DNA of 64,000 nt, taken from positions 352,001 to 416,000 of the forward strand of contig OZ219872.1 in the NCBI GenBank assembly GCA_964291495.2, written 5' to 3'. Position 1 is the first letter of the stretch; the number at the start of each line of letters is the position of its first letter. The DNA comes from Dehalococcoidia bacterium (GTDB lineage: Bacteria; Chloroflexota; Dehalococcoidia; UBA2979). Made by a program: the position numbers and the translations under genes. Shown piece by piece: positions 59,241 through 64,000 of this stretch. Below the pieces are notes generated by a model. That model made no database searches, was not told the origin of the DNA, and saw only the letters and a program-made list of their open reading frames with translations.

Positions 59241-59675
59241 CTGCTGGTCTTAGACACCAACGTCCTGCTCGACGCCGCCAACGAGGCGTCGGGATTCCAC
59301 GGCGCGTGCGCGGGGCTGCTCGATGAGGCGCGCCGCGATCCGTCTCCGGCGTACCTGACCTGGAACATCTGCTACGAGTTCATGCGGGTAAGTACTCACC
59401 CGCACGTATTTACGTCACCATGGCGCATCGACGAGGCTCGCGAGTTCATCGAGGAGCTGCTTGCGTCGCCGGGCTTCGGGCTGCTTCGCGCTACCGAACG
59501 GCACGCTGCTGTCCTGAGCCAAACGCTGTCCGAGCTGCCGGCGCTCCGGGGGAACGTGGTGCATGACCTCCACACAGCGGTACTCATGCGCGAGCACGGC
59601 ATCAGCCGTATCTGCACTCGTGACGCGGACTTCCACCGCTTCCCGTTCCTCACGGTCGTCGATCCGCTCGGCTGA
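59241..59675 (+). CDS. vapC: VapC PIN-domain toxin (probable CTG start)
   Basis: LVLDTNVL upstream of the called ATG (59382); YEF.RV.TH, GN..HD, TRD.DF.RF. Confidence 0.88.
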   Translation: MLVLDTNVLLDAANEASGFHGACAGLLDEARRDPSPAYLTWNICYEFMRVSTHPHVFTSPWRIDEAREFIEELLASPGFGLLRATERHAAVLSQTLSELPALRGNVVHDLHTAVLMREHGISRICTRDADFHRFPFLTVVDPLG

Positions 59676-59802
59676 CTTGTAGCCCCCCGCGCTGGCGCCG
59701 CCGGGGGCGCATCGCTACGATGGACGGGACCGCCCATTCGAACCGCCGAGGGGCGCCGTCCCCCGTTTGCGACGCCCTCCCCCACCACGATCGAGGTGGA
59801 CT

Positions 59803-62781
<2,979 letters not shown>

Positions 62782-62804
62782 GCGGCCTGCTCAGGCCTCG
62801 CTCG

Positions 62805-63308
62805 CTACCAGAACTTCCACCAGGGCTTGCCGCCACTCGCAGCCGGCGCGCCCAGCTGTGAGAGCTCGGCGGCGTGCTCGACGGCCTCCTGGCTGGCTCG
62901 CGGCACGTTCTCGACGAGGCGCGGGATCAGCTCGTAGAGCACGTCCATATCCTCCGGCGTGAGCCGGTCGCGCGCGACCATGTGCACGAGCCCCGCGCGA
63001 TGCATCGCGATAGCGCCCGGCACGCGTTCGAACGCCTTGTCGTACGCGTGAGCCACATCCCGCGCTCCCTCGAGGTTGTCGGCGGCGAGGCTCAGCCACG
63101 AGCGCAGGCGGCTCTCCGTGAAGTCGGCGAGCGGCTCATCGTCAAGCGCGTACTCGGCGCGGATCATCGACTCGGCGCTCTGCTCACGCGCGTCCTGCTC
63201 GAGTGCGGCCAACGCTTCGAAGCGCTGCCGCATCTCGGAGACTCGCGCCGACGCTTCGGTTTCGCTGAGCGCCGACCACGTCGTGTCCGGCTGCCCTCCG
63301 TTCGTCAT
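62805..63308 (-). CDS. Hypothetical helical protein ending KPWWKFW
   Basis: 167 aa after a GGAAGG SD; C-terminal aromatic/basic motif. Confidence 0.7.
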   Translation of the reverse strand: MTNGGQPDTTWSALSETEASARVSEMRQRFEALAALEQDAREQSAESMIRAEYALDDEPLADFTESRLRSWLSLAADNLEGARDVAHAYDKAFERVPGAIAMHRAGLVHMVARDRLTPEDMDVLYELIPRLVENVPRASQEAVEHAAELSQLGAPAASGGKPWWKFW

Positions 63309-63391
63309 CGCTCGTTCCTTCCCCGCCAAGGCAGAGCGCGGTACGCTCCGGAGAGACGTGCTCCCTTGCGCGTTGCACACAACGTTATCGC

Positions 63392-63910
63392 ATGACCACC
63401 ATCCAACTCCAGCCCGAGGATGCCCGCCTCGCCGCGCTGGCCGTCGTCTACCACCTCGGGCGGCCGGGGTCGGAGTTGGACGCGGCGACGCTGCAGCCGC
63501 ACGAGGCCGGGCTCGGGCCGCTGCAGCCGGCGATCGAGGGGCAGCTCGCCCTCGCGGTGACGACGCTCGATGTCACGGCGTACCAGCTCTCGCGCCTCGG
63601 CGAGGCGCTGCACGGCACCGTCAACGAGCTCAAGCAGTACGAGCTGAGCGAGGGCCGCTCGGTGGTCCCCGGCTTCGCCGAGGCGTTCGCGCGCCTCTTC
63701 CCCGAGCACGCCTCCGAGGGCGGCGGAGCGCTCGACCTCGCCTCGCAGGGGGTTATGCTGCGCCGGCGGCTCGACGCCGCAGTCCGCGAGGCGGCCGAGC
63801 AGGTGGAGGCCGAGCGAGCAGCCGAGGCGGAGCGTGCGGCCGCCGAGGCGGCGGCGTCCGGCGAGCGGCGCGGCTTCTGGCGGCGGCTCTTTCGCCGCCG
63901 CTCACGGTGA
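63392..63910 (+). CDS. Hypothetical protein ending RRGFWRRLFRRRSR
   Basis: 172 aa, coding-like codon bias, Ala/Glu helix then amphipathic tail. Confidence 0.75.
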   Translation: MTTIQLQPEDARLAALAVVYHLGRPGSELDAATLQPHEAGLGPLQPAIEGQLALAVTTLDVTAYQLSRLGEALHGTVNELKQYELSEGRSVVPGFAEAFARLFPEHASEGGGALDLASQGVMLRRRLDAAVREAAEQVEAERAAEAERAAAEAAASGERRGFWRRLFRRRSR

Positions 63911-63947
63911 GCACGGGCAGGGTCTGGAGCCCTCCGGCAGCCCTCGC

Positions 63948-63976
63948 TTGTCCCGATGCCGCCCCGTACATAGAAT
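63948..63976 (+). promoter_or_regulatory. Sigma70-type promoter for a transcript leaving the window
   Basis: TTGTCC-N17-TAGAAT. Confidence 0.65.
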
Positions 63977-64000
63977 CGAGGCAACCGGACCACCGTGAAG

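Noticed and set aside
58920-59700. vapBC as part of a mobile element
   Set aside because: Codon usage looks slightly atypical, but there is no integrase, transposase or convincing flanking direct repeat.
59680-59802. LexA box upstream of uvrA
   Set aside because: No GAAC-N4-GTTC match; only a GAAC half-site.

Overview
Very GC-rich bacterial chromosomal segment. Gene content and order suggest Chloroflexota, Dehalococcoidia/SAR202-like (inference). Most of it is housekeeping: guaB3, metG, tatD, polyprenyl synthase, recO, a peptide-type ABC importer without ATPases, dnaX-recR, ybeY, gpsA-plsY-der-cdaR-cdaA-argF, comEA-comEC-rph, serA/serC-like, mutS2, selA, uvrA. There is also a catabolic block (Lva/ACAD10-like kinase plus acyl-CoA dehydrogenase, CoA ligase, three LLM oxidoreductases, hot-dog enzymes) and a VapBC pair. 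The most notable observations are: (1) a complex I-like operon nuoA-C-D-H-J-K-orf-L-M-N with no Fe-S subunit gene (no nuoB, nuoI or nuoEFG), an extended NuoH and an inserted 62-aa ORF; (2) a structured 5' leader of guaB3 with promoter, terminator-like hairpin and a competing 11-nt anti-Shine-Dalgarno, a candidate new cis-regulatory RNA; (3) four genes that appear to start at CTG or ATC; (4) composite palindromic intergenic repeats at three sites; (5) two single-base frameshifts that are probably sequencing errors. I saw no rRNA, tRNA, CRISPR array, transposase or integrase. Family calls come from motif recognition, not database searches.
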